48,207 bases of DNA from Bacteroidales bacterium (GTDB lineage: Bacteria; Bacteroidota; Bacteroidia; Bacteroidales; VadinHA17), in the NCBI GenBank assembly GCA_031396165.1, contig JANNKF010000400.1, forward strand, positions 1 to 48,207. Reading direction: 5' to 3'. How positions within the stretch are numbered: position 1 is the first letter of the stretch; each line of letters starts with the position of its first letter. Of this stretch, positions 1-10,667 are shown piece after piece. Under the pieces are notes generated by a model. It saw only the letters and a list, made by a program, of their open reading frames with translations. It did not search any database and was not told the origin of the DNA. The position numbers and the translations under genes are program-made.

Positions 1-281
1 GTATTGAACGCACCGGCAAGCCCCCTGTTGGAAGTGATCACCACGATCAAAACATTTTTCAGCTCCCGGGCTTTGCCAAAACTGGTATCGCCGCCGCCAT
101 CAAGGTTAGAAAGAATGTTCGAAAGCATTCGGTTCAGGCGGTTGGCATAGGGACGCAACTGCACAATGGCATTTTGAGCCTTCCGCAACTTGGCAGCAGA
201 GACCATCTTCATGGCTGAAGTGATCTGCCTGGTTGATTTGACAGAGGTTATCCTGATCCTTATTGCTTTTAAATTCGCCAT
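1..281 (-). CDS. atpG: F1 ATP synthase gamma subunit, N-terminal part (gene continues past the window edge)
   Basis: Own translation of the minus strand from ATG at 281-279 gives MANLKAIRIRITSVKSTRQITSAMKMVSAAKLRKAQNAIVQLRPYANRL...NRGLAGAFN, the typical gamma N-terminal helix. It lies directly downstream of atpA. Confidence 0.9.
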   Translation of the reverse strand, partial: MANLKAIRIRITSVKSTRQITSAMKMVSAAKLRKAQNAIVQLRPYANRLNRMLSNILSNLDGGGDTSFGKARELKNVLIVVITSNRGLAGAFN

Positions 282-310
282 TTAAACTGCATTTATTCTA
301 ATCAATATTC

Positions 311-1894
311 TTATTGCGGACGATATTTAATTACCAGTTCTGCGGCAACTTTTTCAAGGATGTTCGTAACGTCAATGTTAAGGACCCCATCGCGCAGATT
401 GTCAAGTACATCCCTGTGCTTAAGTTCCAGAAATTCCAGAAATTCATTTTCAAAATCCCTAACTTTATTTGTAGGAACATCTTTCAGAAGGCCCATTGTT
501 CCGCAATAAATTATCGCAACCTGTTTTTCTACAGGCATCGGTGCATATTGTGGCTGCTTGAGGATCTGAACGTTCTTGGCACCTTTATTAAGGATTGCGA
601 GAGTAGTTGCATCAAGGTCGGATCCGAATTTGGAAAATGCTTCAAGCTCACGGTACTGTGCCTGGTCAACTTTAAGTGTACCGGCGATTTTCTTCATCGA
701 CTTGATCTGAGCATTACCTCCAACCCTTGATACTGAAATACCAACGTTGATAGCTGGTCTTACACCAGAGTTAAAGAGACTCGACTCGAGGAAGATCTGG
801 CCATCTGTTATAGAAATAACATTAGTAGGAATATAGGCAGAAACGTCACCGGCCTGTGTCTCAATAATCGGAAGGGCAGTTAATGACCCCCCGCCTTTTA
901 CCATATGTCTTATAGACTCAGGAAGGTCATTCATGTTCCTTGCAACGTCATCTGATTCAATGATTTTTGCTGCTCTTTCAAGGAGTCTTGAGTGCAGATA
1001 GAATACATCGCCCGGATATGCCTCACGTCCGGGTGGACGACGAAGCAGAAGCGAAACTTCCCTGTATGAAACAGCCTGTTTTGACAGGTCGTCGTAAATA
1101 ATCAGGGCGTCGCGGCCCGTATCGCGGAAAAACTCACCGATTGCAGCACCGGCAAAAGGAGCATAAAACTGTGAAGCGGCAGGATCAGAAGCAGTAGCAA
1201 GAACTATAACGGTATACTTTAGTGCGCCATGCTCTTCAAGAGTTGCTGCAATATTTGCAACAGTCGATCCTTTCTGACCGATAGCTACATAAATGCAATA
1301 AACAGGCTTCCCTTTTTCAAAATTACTTTTCTGATTGATAATTGTATCAATTGCAATAGCAGTTTTACCAGTCTGCCTGTCGCCGATTATCAATTCGCGC
1401 TGTCCGCGGCCTATCGGTATCATAGCGTCGATGGCTTTGATTCCAGTCTGAAGCGGCTGTCTTACCGGCTGACGGAAAATAACACCGGGTGCTTTTCTTT
1501 CAAAAGGAAGAGTGAACAATTCGCCGGTTATGGGACCTTTGCCGTCGAGTGGCTGACCTGTCGGATTGATTACTCTTCCAAGCAATCCTTCACCTACTTC
1601 AAGAGAGGCTATACGACCTGTTCTTTTAACAATGTCACCTTCATTAACCTCTTCTGTAGGTCCGAGCAATACTGCTCCGACATTATCTTCCTCGAGGTTC
1701 AGAACAATAGCTTCAATTCCATTTTCAAATACGATCAGCTCATTCGACTGAACATTTGAAAGTCCATAGATTCGGGCTATCCCGTCACCAACCTGAAGCA
1801 CAGTTCCTACTTCCTCAAGCTCAACACCCGTTTGAATTCCTTCCAGTTGCTGTTTGAGTATTTTTGAAACTTCTGCTGGTTTAATATTTGCCAT
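311..1894 (-). CDS. atpA: F1 ATP synthase alpha subunit
   Basis: 527 aa with Walker A GDRQTGKT. The sequence is alpha-like along its whole length and sits between atpH and atpG. Confidence 0.97.
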   Translation of the reverse strand: MANIKPAEVSKILKQQLEGIQTGVELEEVGTVLQVGDGIARIYGLSNVQSNELIVFENGIEAIVLNLEEDNVGAVLLGPTEEVNEGDIVKRTGRIASLEVGEGLLGRVINPTGQPLDGKGPITGELFTLPFERKAPGVIFRQPVRQPLQTGIKAIDAMIPIGRGQRELIIGDRQTGKTAIAIDTIINQKSNFEKGKPVYCIYVAIGQKGSTVANIAATLEEHGALKYTVIVLATASDPAASQFYAPFAGAAIGEFFRDTGRDALIIYDDLSKQAVSYREVSLLLRRPPGREAYPGDVFYLHSRLLERAAKIIESDDVARNMNDLPESIRHMVKGGGSLTALPIIETQAGDVSAYIPTNVISITDGQIFLESSLFNSGVRPAINVGISVSRVGGNAQIKSMKKIAGTLKVDQAQYRELEAFSKFGSDLDATTLAILNKGAKNVQILKQPQYAPMPVEKQVAIIYCGTMGLLKDVPTNKVRDFENEFLEFLELKHRDVLDNLRDGVLNIDVTNILEKVAAELVIKYRPQ

Positions 1895-1930
1895 ATTATG
1901 TTGTCTTAAAATACTTTAATTTCTACTCTG

Positions 1931-2482
1931 TTATTCTGAAGCGTAAACGCCGCCCAAAAGCTCTTTTCTGATTTTTCTTAATTTATTCTGTACACTGGCA
2001 TCGATGTAATTATCATCAACGCGAAGTATAAACCCTCCTACTATGGAAGGATCAATGTTTTCCTGAAGTTCAACTTTTGTGGAAAACACTTTGGAAATAA
2101 GGTCGGTGATCTGTTTTCTTATCCCGGGATCAACTTTGACAGCAGTCGTAAGCATTGACTCAGTGATTCCCTTGTATTTTCTTGTCTCATGAATGAACAC
2201 CCTGGTAATTGCCGGAAGATGACTCTCTCTGCCGTTTTTAACAACAAGGTCTATAAGTGAAAGGGTTATTTTTTCCACATTACCCTCGAGCATCTTGTGA
2301 AAGATTGCGGTCTTTTTCGACGGTACAATGATCGGACTTCGCAGGAACTCTTTGGTTTCAGGTAACTTGCAGACTTCTGCAATGAATATCATATCTTCAT
2401 TGACTTTATCAATGATCTTCTTTTCCAGTGCAAGCTGAAACAGAGCTCTTGAATACCTTACAGATATTTTGCTGTCGTTCAT
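1931..2482 (-). CDS. atpH: F1 ATP synthase delta (OSCP) subunit
   Basis: 183 aa, OSCP-like in length and pattern, located between atpF and atpA. Confidence 0.85.
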   Translation of the reverse strand: MNDSKISVRYSRALFQLALEKKIIDKVNEDMIFIAEVCKLPETKEFLRSPIIVPSKKTAIFHKMLEGNVEKITLSLIDLVVKNGRESHLPAITRVFIHETRKYKGITESMLTTAVKVDPGIRKQITDLISKVFSTKVELQENIDPSIVGGFILRVDDNYIDASVQNKLRKIRKELLGGVYASE

Positions 2483-2497
2483 TACAGATTTTTCTTC

Positions 2498-3013
2498 CTA
2501 ATTCTTATTGAAATCAATCTCTTTCAGGTAATTATCAATCAGTTTTTCCTGTTCACCTGTTTGCTTCAGCCTTTCTCCGATTAGTCTTGAGGCTATATCA
2601 ACTGAAAGGTTCGCTACCTGTTCACGGATCTCAGCAAGAGCAATTCGTTTTTCGCTTTCAATACCAGCACGGGCCTTTTCGACAAGTTTTTCAGCCTCCT
2701 CAGCTGCTTTTCCTTTAGCTTCGGCAATCAGCTTGTCGCGTACTTCCCTTGCCTCCTTAAGAATACCTTCGCGTTCCTCTCTTGCTTTTCGGAGAATTGC
2801 TTCATTATTACTTTGCAGTTTGAGCATCTCTTCTCTGGCTTTTTCTGCAGACTCAAGAGAGCTCCTGATCATCTCATCCCTGGCTTTAACAGCGGAGAGA
2901 ATTGGTTTCCAGGCAAATTTGGAAAGGATGATAAAAAATAACCCAAAAATCAGAGCAGACCAGATCAAAGTCCCTACTGCAGGTGTAGTCAGACTGTTTG
3001 CTAATAATATCAT
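2498..3013 (-). CDS. atpF: F0 ATP synthase b subunit
   Basis: One N-terminal TM helix followed by a long charged Ala/Glu/Lys/Arg-rich helix. Operon position fits. Confidence 0.85.
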   Translation of the reverse strand: MILLANSLTTPAVGTLIWSALIFGLFFIILSKFAWKPILSAVKARDEMIRSSLESAEKAREEMLKLQSNNEAILRKAREEREGILKEAREVRDKLIAEAKGKAAEEAEKLVEKARAGIESEKRIALAEIREQVANLSVDIASRLIGERLKQTGEQEKLIDNYLKEIDFNKN

Positions 3014-3087
3014 AATATACCTGTTTACTTTTTAATTTAAAATGAAGCACTGCAACCAACCGTTACAGGCTTCAATTCCTTAAGTTA

Positions 3088-3306
<219 letters not shown>

Positions 3307-3314
3307 TTAATTAA

Positions 3315-4373
3315 TTAATGATGTTCCTGCACCGCCATACTGATAAACAATGCAGAAAGAAGTGTAAAAATATATGCCTGAAGGAATGCCACTAGCAGTT
3401 CGAGGCAATCCATAAAAATCACAAAGAATATTGACACCGGCGCTAGGGCTAGTGAGTCAAAAATAAAGATTAAACAGATTAAGCTTAAGACAATAATATG
3501 TCCGGCTGTAATATTTGCAAAAAGACGAATCATAAGAGCAAATGGCTTTGAGAACAATCCGATTATCTCAACCGGTATCATTACAGGCAGAAGCCAGAAA
3601 GGTACCCCGGGAGTTGCAAATATATGCTTCCAGTATGTTCTGTTTCCACTGAATTGTGTTACCAGGAACGTGCAGGAGGCCAGAACAAAAGTAATAGCGA
3701 TATTCCCGGTAACATTCGCGCCGAAAGGGGGAGGAAAAGGAATCAACCCCATTAAATTATTGATGAGAATGAAAAAGAATACTGTGAGAAGATAAGGCAT
3801 AAACTTACCAGCCTTATGACCCAGGTTTGGAATTGCAATATCATCGCGGACAAAAAGGACAACGGGTTCAAGAAAACTCTGAATCCCTTTGGGATGACTG
3901 ATACCGGTTTTTTTGTATGAACGGGCAAGTGAAAGAAATAAAAAGAGACCGATCAGGGCAGCCGACAACATTCCCACAACAGTCTTAGTCATGGATAGGT
4001 CGAGTGGCAGATGTTCTTCATCAACAACACCCGCCTCACTAATATTAACTATTTTGCCTTTCAGGTCACCTTCTTCCTCAAGTTTAAAACCCTTGTATTC
4101 GTGTCCGTGTGCAATCTGTTTCGAGGAGAAAATGTGAAATCCTTTTTCTTTTGAATAAAGAATTACCGGGAGGTAAATTGCAACACTGCTGCCGTCCTTC
4201 TTTGTATAAATATGCCATTCGTGCGAATCTGCAATATGCTCAAGTATATACGTGCTCGCTTTGAACTTTTCTTTACCCACTTCTTTTACATCACCATGCT
4301 GACCGAATGCTGATAAGAAGGTTCCTGTAAGGAGAAAAAAGAAGAATAAGGCAGTTTTTATTTTTGTTTTCAA
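3315..4373 (-). CDS. atpB: F0 ATP synthase a subunit with N-terminal signal/extension
   Basis: Essential Arg motif LMIRLFANITAGH, multiple TM helices, and a ~130 aa N-terminal extension with a signal-like start. Confidence 0.92.
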   Translation of the reverse strand: MKTKIKTALFFFFLLTGTFLSAFGQHGDVKEVGKEKFKASTYILEHIADSHEWHIYTKKDGSSVAIYLPVILYSKEKGFHIFSSKQIAHGHEYKGFKLEEEGDLKGKIVNISEAGVVDEEHLPLDLSMTKTVVGMLSAALIGLFLFLSLARSYKKTGISHPKGIQSFLEPVVLFVRDDIAIPNLGHKAGKFMPYLLTVFFFILINNLMGLIPFPPPFGANVTGNIAITFVLASCTFLVTQFSGNRTYWKHIFATPGVPFWLLPVMIPVEIIGLFSKPFALMIRLFANITAGHIIVLSLICLIFIFDSLALAPVSIFFVIFMDCLELLVAFLQAYIFTLLSALFISMAVQEHH

Positions 4374-4386
4374 ATCAGTACTGGTT

Positions 4387-4773
4387 TTATAAAGACCTGT
4401 TTTTCAGTGTTTTCAATATAATCAAGACCGAAAACAAAGTGAGTGTTAAATATAAAACAAAAAATATTAAAACATCAGATAATGAATTATTTTTAGCAAC
4501 AATAAACCAAATAAGGGCAAGTACCATTTCGAGCAGGAACTTCAGGCCCATAGCGAAAAAGCTATGAAGTGTCTGACTCTCCGGTTCTTTTGTCTGACCT
4601 CTTAAAAATATTATAATAGTTAACACTGCAATTATTGAAAACAGAAATGTAAGAAGTAAGATTCCCGGAAACGAGAGTTCTGATTCCACATTTGTAACAA
4701 AGAGGTAACCGGCTCCTGCAATAAGCATGTTTATTACCAGGACAATAATTAAATATTTTTGAAGAGGTTTCAA
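4387..4773 (-). CDS. Small 4-TM membrane protein in the AtpI position of the atp operon
   Basis: 128 aa with four hydrophobic segments, immediately upstream of atpB. No motif recognised. Confidence 0.5.
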   Translation of the reverse strand: MKPLQKYLIIVLVINMLIAGAGYLFVTNVESELSFPGILLLTFLFSIIAVLTIIIFLRGQTKEPESQTLHSFFAMGLKFLLEMVLALIWFIVAKNNSLSDVLIFFVLYLTLTLFSVLIILKTLKNRSL

Positions 4774-4780
4774 AAAAATG

Positions 4781-5026
4781 TCACTTAATAAAATCTTTTA
4801 CGGCAGTGTAGATTGCAGCAAAAACGCCCAGAAGTGAAAGTACAATTGTAAATACGGGTGTTTCCCAACCTGTCAGTTTATCAAGCTTTGTTCCCCCCCA
4901 GGTTGTAACAAGGATGATCCCGATCATCTGAAATGCTATTCCTGAATATCTGGCGAAATCATTAACACCTTTATTTGACAGCTTTTTCAGGTTCTTTTTC
5001 TTTTGTGGCTGTGCTTCCTCCATCAT
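4781..5026 (-). CDS. atpZ: AtpZ/AtpI-family small membrane protein (ATPase_gene1-like)
   Basis: Basic N-terminus followed by YSGIAFQMIGIILVTTWGGTKLDK and a second TM helix. The ORF track starts at GTG 5038; the first ATGs are at 5026 and 5023. Confidence 0.7.
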   Translation of the reverse strand: MMEEAQPQKKKNLKKLSNKGVNDFARYSGIAFQMIGIILVTTWGGTKLDKLTGWETPVFTIVLSLLGVFAAIYTAVKDFIK

Positions 5027-5372
5027 TATCGGTATCACTCATTTTGCAGTTCCCGGTGAATTTGGCACCCGGTTCAATAGAAAGTTTTGAAGTAGAAATA
5101 TCACCCATTATTTTTGAAGAGGCTTTAAGATTAAGCAATTGACCAACTGTTATCTTTCCTTCGACAATACCGGAAACCTCGGAGTTTTTGCAAATTACTT
5201 CCCCGCTGATTCTTCCGGTCGGTCCAATAACAACCTTCCCTTTTGTGTTCAGGCTTCCCTTGAGTGTTCCATCGACGCGTATATCGCCGCTGGAAATAAT
5301 ATCACCTGTTATCTCTGTTCCGGTACTGATAAGATTAATAGTAGTATTCTCTACTTCATTGAATTTTCCCAT
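4971..5372 (-). CDS. Bactofilin (polymer-forming cytoskeletal protein, DUF583)
   Basis: Beta-helical repeat pattern: TEITGDIISSGDIRVDGTLKGSL..KGKVVIGPTGRISGEVICKNSEVSGIVEGKI..IMGDISTSKLSIEPGAKFTGNCKM. Confidence 0.85.
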   Translation of the reverse strand: MGKFNEVENTTINLISTGTEITGDIISSGDIRVDGTLKGSLNTKGKVVIGPTGRISGEVICKNSEVSGIVEGKITVGQLLNLKASSKIMGDISTSKLSIEPGAKFTGNCKMSDTDNDGGSTATKEKEPEKAVK

Positions 5373-5413
5373 AATAATTAAGATTTTAGCAGTAATTCAA
5401 ACTTAATAACTCA

Positions 5414-5421
5414 CAAATATA
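5414..5421 (-). promoter_or_regulatory. Candidate Bacteroidetes-type -7 box (TATATTTG) for the bactofilin-atp operon
   Basis: The minus strand reads TATATTTG, 41 nt upstream of the bactofilin ATG and just downstream of the fabH terminator. Confidence 0.4.
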
Positions 5422-5435
5422 AAAACTATTGCAGA

Positions 5436-5474
5436 TTAAATGAAAAGAGGCTGAACTCTTTTGAGTCAGCCTCT
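5436..5474 (-). terminator. Rho-independent terminator after fabH
   Basis: Stem AGAGGCTGA(5446-5454)/TCAGCCTCT(5466-5474) plus inner CTC/GAG pairs, followed on the minus strand by TTTTCATTT. Confidence 0.7.
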
Positions 5475-5498
5475 GATAATACTTAACCTAATTAAGTT

Positions 5499-6497
5499 CT
5501 ACTTTGGATCGTAAGCCCACTTGAGATAAATCGAACCCCATGTAAAGCCACCTCCAAATGCAGCCAGAATGAGGATATCTCCCTTTCTCAGTTTTTTCTC
5601 GTATTCCCACATACATAATGGGATTGTAGCAGTGGTTGTATTCCCGTAGTTTTCAATATTGATCATTACCTTTTCAGGTGAAAGACCCATTCTTCTTCCT
5701 GTGGCGTCGATAATCCTGAGATTTGCCTGATGTGGTACCAACCAGGCAATATCTTCTGATTTAAGATTATTACGTTCCATAATTTCGGCAGAAACATCTG
5801 CCATATTTGAAACTGCAAACTTGAAGACACTCTGACCCTCCTGGTAAATGAAGTGTTCTTTTGCATCAATTGTTTCGTACGAAGCCGGTCTGACAGAGCC
5901 GCCTGCTTTCAGATGTAAGTACTTCCGCCCCGAGCCATCGGTTTTGAAGATATGATCCATAATTCCATATTCCTCAGTTGTCGGCTCGAGTAATACTGCT
6001 CCGGCTGCATCGCCGAAAAGAGGACAAGTAGTACGGTCAGTATAGTCAGTAATCGAGGACATCTTATCCGCTCCCACAACAATTACTTTTTTATATCTGC
6101 CTGTTTCAACATAGGCTGCCCCGGTCTGTAATGCAAAAAGGAAACCTGAGCAGGCCGCGTTTAAATCGAAACTGAAAGCATTTTTAATGCCGCATTTATC
6201 CGAAATAATATTTGCCGTAGCCGGAAATGCCATGTCCGGGGTTACTGTGCAACAAATCAAAAGGTCAACATCTTCGGGAGCAGTATTGGTTTTTAAAAGC
6301 AATCCTTTTACAGCTTGTTCTCCAAGATCTGAACTTCCAAGACCCTCGCCCTTTAGTATTCGCCTCTCTTTAATTCCGACTCTCTGCATAATCCATTCAT
6401 CGGAAGTATCGACCATTTTTGCAAGTTCCTGATTTGTCAGCTTATATTCCGGCACCCAGGCATTAATACCTGTAATAGCTGCCCGTAACTTTTCCAT
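5499..6497 (-). CDS. fabH: 3-oxoacyl-ACP synthase III
   Basis: Catalytic triad contexts NAACSGF (Cys), VPHQANLRI (His) and YGNTTTAT (Asn). Confidence 0.95.
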   Translation of the reverse strand: MEKLRAAITGINAWVPEYKLTNQELAKMVDTSDEWIMQRVGIKERRILKGEGLGSSDLGEQAVKGLLLKTNTAPEDVDLLICCTVTPDMAFPATANIISDKCGIKNAFSFDLNAACSGFLFALQTGAAYVETGRYKKVIVVGADKMSSITDYTDRTTCPLFGDAAGAVLLEPTTEEYGIMDHIFKTDGSGRKYLHLKAGGSVRPASYETIDAKEHFIYQEGQSVFKFAVSNMADVSAEIMERNNLKSEDIAWLVPHQANLRIIDATGRRMGLSPEKVMINIENYGNTTTATIPLCMWEYEKKLRKGDILILAAFGGGFTWGSIYLKWAYDPK

Positions 6498-6499
6498 AA

Positions 6500-7438
6500 T
6501 TATATCGCTTCTTTAATCTTTTGAGCCAGATTAGCCTGTACAACTGCTCTGGTCTGCAGGACCATGTTCATAATAGCCCTTCTTTTGGAAATTCCATGAC
6601 CGATAACGACATTGGCATTAATACCAACAATCGGAGTGCCGCCCACATTTTCCCAGTCGAGACGGTCAAAGAAATCATCTTTCAGATTTCTGCTCTTATA
6701 TATATGATGAAATGACTCGCCTTGTTTAAGAATTACATTTCCGACGAATCCGTCGCAGACAATTACGTCTGCCATTTTTTCCCGGAAAAGGTCATTACCT
6801 TCAATATTACCTACAAAATTCAGGCCCGGATACTCTTTCATCAACTCGTATGCTGCCTTAATAGCAGGAGTACCTTTGGTTTCCTCTTCACCTATGTTTA
6901 TTAATGCAACTGTTGGGTTTTCTGTTCCCAGAACATATTTTGCAAAAATACTACCGAGGACACCGTATTGCAATAATACATCCGGCTTACAGTCTGGATT
7001 CAGGCCAACATCCAGAATAACTGCCTGCCTGTTATCAATACAGGGAAGAATGGCAGCAAGAGCCGGCCTTAATACACCGGGGATAACATTAACAGTATAG
7101 CTGGCTCCGACGAGCATTGCACCAGTATTCCCGGCACTACAGAAACCGTCAAGATCGCCGTTTTTTAACATACCGTAACCTACTGCAATACTTGAATTTT
7201 TTTTCTGTGAGAACGCTTTGGCAGGATGGTCAGCCATCTCAATAACCTGAGTTGTGTGCACAATCTCAAACAGGGATGGCTCAACCTTCATCTCATTTAA
7301 TTTCCCAAGAATGGCTCCTTCATCCCCAATAAGAACAACGACCTCATCCTCTTTTAAATGCTGAAGTGAATCTACCGCGCCCTCAATGATTGAAACAGGT
7401 GCAAAATCGCCACCCATGACATCAAGGCCAATTCTCAT
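6500..7438 (-). CDS. plsX: Phosphate acyltransferase
   Basis: N-terminus [14 protein letters not shown], and the classic rpmF-plsX-fabH context. Confidence 0.93.
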   Translation of the reverse strand: MRIGLDVMGGDFAPVSIIEGAVDSLQHLKEDEVVVLIGDEGAILGKLNEMKVEPSLFEIVHTTQVIEMADHPAKAFSQKKNSSIAVGYGMLKNGDLDGFCSAGNTGAMLVGASYTVNVIPGVLRPALAAILPCIDNRQAVILDVGLNPDCKPDVLLQYGVLGSIFAKYVLGTENPTVALINIGEEETKGTPAIKAAYELMKEYPGLNFVGNIEGNDLFREKMADVIVCDGFVGNVILKQGESFHHIYKSRNLKDDFFDRLDWENVGGTPIVGINANVVIGHGISKRRAIMNMVLQTRAVVQANLAQKIKEAI

Positions 7439-7462
7439 ATCAGATATATTAAGTTAAAGAAG

Positions 7463-7648
7463 CTAAGCTGTAGCTTTCTTCTCAATAGCAAGTTTGCCTC
7501 TGTAGAATCCGCATTCAGGACATACCCTGTGATACAGCACAGAAGATCCGCAATTTGAGCAACTGCCTACCTGTGGTGCTGTTGCCTTATAGTGTGTTCT
7601 GCGTTTATCTCTTCTGGTTTTCGAATGTTTGTGTTTGGGATTTGGCAT
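7463..7648 (-). CDS. rpmF: 50S ribosomal protein L32
   Basis: MPNPKHKHSKTRRDKRR start and a CxxC...CxxC zinc ribbon (CSNCGS, CPECG). Confidence 0.95.
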   Translation of the reverse strand: MPNPKHKHSKTRRDKRRTHYKATAPQVGSCSNCGSSVLYHRVCPECGFYRGKLAIEKKATA

Positions 7649-7659
7649 TTTCTTCTGTT

Positions 7660-8181
7660 TTAATTGTTATCCATTAATTTCTTTAAATCATTCCAGCGTG
7701 GATCTGTGTGCGGATCCTCTTCAACTATCAGTTCATCAAGCTTTTTCAGCATTTCCGGATCACAGGTACTATTCCCGCCTTTGTCATCGGGATGAACCCT
7801 TCTGATCGGCAGTGCAAGCAGAATAAATTCATAAATATGCTGCTTCAGATCTAATTCACTCTCCCCAATTGGCAAAGATAGAATGTCAGGGTCAATATCA
7901 TCAAGGCTTTTCCCATATTTAACCAGAAGCCTGTTTTCACAAACTAATGGGTAAAAAAACAACTCCAGGCACCTGTCACAACAGATTCTGACGTTACCGG
8001 AAATCCTTATTGCCAGATCCAAATGAGTAGATCTTTTATCCATCACAATATTTGCAATAAGGCTTCCTTCCTTAACTTCCGACTCTTCAAACTGTTCAAA
8101 AAACTCTTTATCAATCTCAAAATCAATAGTGTGCCGCCCTTCTTTCAATCCGCCAAGCGGTATAGTATATAATCGGGACAT
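7660..8181 (-). CDS. yceD: YceD/DUF177 family protein
   Basis: Conserved position upstream of rpmF and the CDRCL motif. Start moved to Met15 (MSRLYTIPL) because a CAAAaaTA -7 box lies at 8201-8208, inside the longer ORF. Confidence 0.75.
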   Translation of the reverse strand: MSRLYTIPLGGLKEGRHTIDFEIDKEFFEQFEESEVKEGSLIANIVMDKRSTHLDLAIRISGNVRICCDRCLELFFYPLVCENRLLVKYGKSLDDIDPDILSLPIGESELDLKQHIYEFILLALPIRRVHPDDKGGNSTCDPEMLKKLDELIVEEDPHTDPRWNDLKKLMDNN

Positions 8182-8200
8182 CTCTTTAAATTTTGGTTTG

Positions 8201-8208
8201 CAAAAATA
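8201..8208 (-). promoter_or_regulatory. Candidate -7 box (TATTTTTG on minus) for yceD-rpmF-plsX-fabH
   Basis: TAnnTTTG match 19 nt upstream of the proposed yceD start. Confidence 0.35.
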
Positions 8209-8331
8209 TGAATCCTTCTTCAATTAAAAAAATTATCAACAAAAAAGTAACACTAATTGCCTTAAAAGACCAATTACCGGTATAAAAACGTCATTTACCG
8301 ATTTGCATATTATATCTCTGTATGTGTGACT

Positions 8332-8339
8332 TACTTTTG
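8332..8339 (+). promoter_or_regulatory. Candidate -7 box TACTTTTG for the LiaF-like/kinase operon
   Basis: TAnnTTTG match 22 nt upstream of the ATG at 8362. Confidence 0.4.
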
Positions 8340-8361
8340 ACATAAATAAATAATCTGAGCT

Positions 8362-8727
8362 ATGAGACACAAAAATTATTATCATGAGCATGAGAGAGAA
8401 CACCACCCCAGAGTTGGTGTCGGATTGTTCTTCATTGTACTTGGTGCGGCACTACTTGTAGCAACTAATGATCTTTTAAACCTGGGAAGTGTTCGTGAGT
8501 ATTTCACCTGGCAGACAGTATTAATATTTATAGGAATACTCCTTTTACTCAACCTGCAGTTTGTTGGGGGGCTCTTTATGCTGGCATTGGGAGTATGGTT
8601 TCTTCAGGACGAGATATTCTTGTTCCCGCCTGAAGTCTTTAAAATATACTACTGGCCTGGTGTAATCGGACTTGCTGGGATTTCATTTATCCTCTCCTCC
8701 TTTTTTAAACGCAATAAAAACAAGTAA
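8362..8727 (+). CDS. LiaI/LiaF-like 4-TM membrane protein with His-rich N-terminus
   Basis: 121 aa. N-terminal tail MRHKNYYHEHEREHHPR, then four TM helices, paralogous to the TM part of the next gene. Confidence 0.6.
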   Translation: MRHKNYYHEHEREHHPRVGVGLFFIVLGAALLVATNDLLNLGSVREYFTWQTVLIFIGILLLLNLQFVGGLFMLALGVWFLQDEIFLFPPEVFKIYYWPGVIGLAGISFILSSFFKRNKNK

Positions 8728-8756
8728 GTAATACAAAAACAAATAAATTTACAACT

Positions 8757-9506
8757 ATGGAAACAAATGAAAACTACAAAGATGAAACCCGTCGTCACAG
8801 ACACGAGCATCATCACCTTCAGAATAACCGCGCAATTATTGGTGTTGTTCTTGTACTCGTTGGTCTTTTCCTGGTTATGAGGAATACAGGTCTTTTTCCG
8901 CATTTCATTGAAGAAATAATTTTCAGCTGGCCAATGTTACTTTTAACTATCGGTCTGGTAATAACTATTGGTTCATCAGGAAGTAAGACTTCCGGAATCA
9001 TTGTCATGGCTGTCGGTGCATTTTTTCTTATACCTCAGATCTTCAGAGAGACATTCGACATAAATATGTTCTGGCCATCAATCTTTATAATTATTGGAAT
9101 TGTGTTCATTTTTTCGAAAAGAAAAGGATGGAATTCAGTGAACCCAACAACACAGGTTGGCGATGATTATATTGATTACGTTCATGTCTTCAGCGGTGGG
9201 GAACGACAAATTGTATCAGACAATTTCAGGGGTGGAAAAGTGACTGCTGTTTTTGGCGGAAGCGAAATCGACCTGACGAAAGCAAGGCTGGCACCAGGGG
9301 TCTCCGAACTGGAGCTGGCATGTGTTTTTGGCGGGACCACAATAATTGTTCCCGACGACTGGAATGTAAAGATCGAAGTTGTCCCGGTTCTGGGAGGTTT
9401 CGGTGACTCACGCAAGTTACATCCAGGAAGAGCTGTTGATACAACCAAACAACTTATAATAAAAGGCGCAGTAGTATTCGGTGGTGGCGAGGTAAAAAGC
9501 TATTAA
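8757..9506 (+). CDS. LiaF-like protein (TM region plus DUF2154-like C-terminal domain), His-rich N-terminus
   Basis: Tail ...RRHRHEHHHLQNN, four TM helices, and a C-terminal beta-rich repeat: VFGGSEIDL / VFGGTTIIVPDDWNV / VVFGGGEV. Confidence 0.7.
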   Translation: METNENYKDETRRHRHEHHHLQNNRAIIGVVLVLVGLFLVMRNTGLFPHFIEEIIFSWPMLLLTIGLVITIGSSGSKTSGIIVMAVGAFFLIPQIFRETFDINMFWPSIFIIIGIVFIFSKRKGWNSVNPTTQVGDDYIDYVHVFSGGERQIVSDNFRGGKVTAVFGGSEIDLTKARLAPGVSELELACVFGGTTIIVPDDWNVKIEVVPVLGGFGDSRKLHPGRAVDTTKQLIIKGAVVFGGGEVKSY

Positions 9507-9516
9507 TACTATATAA

Positions 9517-10569
9517 ATGAAACATCCTGTACTGCAAAACAGAGTACGTCTTATAGTCTGGTGGCTGATCTGGCTCTTCCTTGCGGGGGGCCAGTCGCTG
9601 CTTTTCTATTTTGCCTTCGGGAGTTTCAGCAATATTGGTGTGATCGACAGTCTTCTGTCATTACTGATCTACTCGGGAATTGCTCTTTCATTGTGGTATC
9701 CATTCAGCTTCTTTAATTCATCCAAAACCTCTGTGGCTGTCCTAATCGGAAACCTGGTTGCCAGCGGTGCATTCGCAGTAACTCTCTGGGTGCTGATTAC
9801 CAAGTTTATAATGCAGTCAGTTTTACCTGAAGGAAATAATTACATGGCTTACTGGGATGCCACATTCTCTTACAGGATCGGGACAGGGGTATTTATCTAT
9901 GGTCTGATTATCCTTACATATTATCTTTTTATAAGCCTGACCAATCTTTCAGAAAAAAATGCGAAGGAAGCGCGTCTGGAAAGTCTTGTAAAGGAGACCG
10001 AACTCAAGATGTTAAGATCTCAGATCAATCCCCATTTTTTGTTCAACAGCCTCAACTCCATAAGTTCACTTACTGTAACAGATCCTGAAAAAGCAAGGAC
10101 AATGGTTGTTAAACTCTCTGATTTTATGAGATATGCACTCTCACGAAAAGATGAACAGCCCGTCTCACTGAAGAGTGAGCTTGAAAATCTCAGACTTTAT
10201 CTCGAGATTGAAAAAGTAAGGTTCGGAGATAAACTTACAACTGAGGAGAATATTGAAACCAACTGTCTTGACTTCAAACTGCCTGTCATGCTCCTGCAAC
10301 CATTATACGAAAATGCAGTTAAGCATGGCGTCTATGAAAGTACTGAAACAGTGAGGATCATTACAGACGCAAAAATAAAAGATGGTTTTCTTGAAATAAC
10401 TATTAAAAACAATTACGATACGGTCCCCGCACTGAGAAAGGGCACAGGTACCGGTCTTCTGAATGTAACAAGACGTCTTGAATTGTTCTATGGAAAAAGG
10501 GCATCAATGAAAACCACAAAAGAGAACAACATTTATACTGTAACCCTCTATATTCCATCAGAATCTTAG
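9517..10569 (+). CDS. LytS/YehU-type sensor histidine kinase with membrane-only input
   Basis: H-box region LRSQINPHFLFNSLNSISSL, a C-terminal GTGTGL ATP lid, and an N-terminal half made only of TM helices. Confidence 0.88.
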   Translation: MKHPVLQNRVRLIVWWLIWLFLAGGQSLLFYFAFGSFSNIGVIDSLLSLLIYSGIALSLWYPFSFFNSSKTSVAVLIGNLVASGAFAVTLWVLITKFIMQSVLPEGNNYMAYWDATFSYRIGTGVFIYGLIILTYYLFISLTNLSEKNAKEARLESLVKETELKMLRSQINPHFLFNSLNSISSLTVTDPEKARTMVVKLSDFMRYALSRKDEQPVSLKSELENLRLYLEIEKVRFGDKLTTEENIETNCLDFKLPVMLLQPLYENAVKHGVYESTETVRIITDAKIKDGFLEITIKNNYDTVPALRKGTGTGLLNVTRRLELFYGKRASMKTTKENNIYTVTLYIPSES

Positions 10570-10575
10570 AAGTTT

Positions 10576-10655
10576 TACCACGGGGAACACGGAGTGACAC
10601 GGAGAAAATACAGAGCCATAATTCCGTGCTAATCCGTGCAATCTGTGGTAAAAAA
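10576..10655. repeat. Heptad-built imperfect hairpin element, copy A (CACGGAG / TCCGTG type)
   Basis: Left arm is ACCACGGGGAACACGGAGTGACACGGAG and right arm is TTCCGTGCTAATCCGTGCAATCTGTGGT, followed by an A-run. Confidence 0.85.
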
Positions 10656-10667
10656 ATACAAAAAAAT

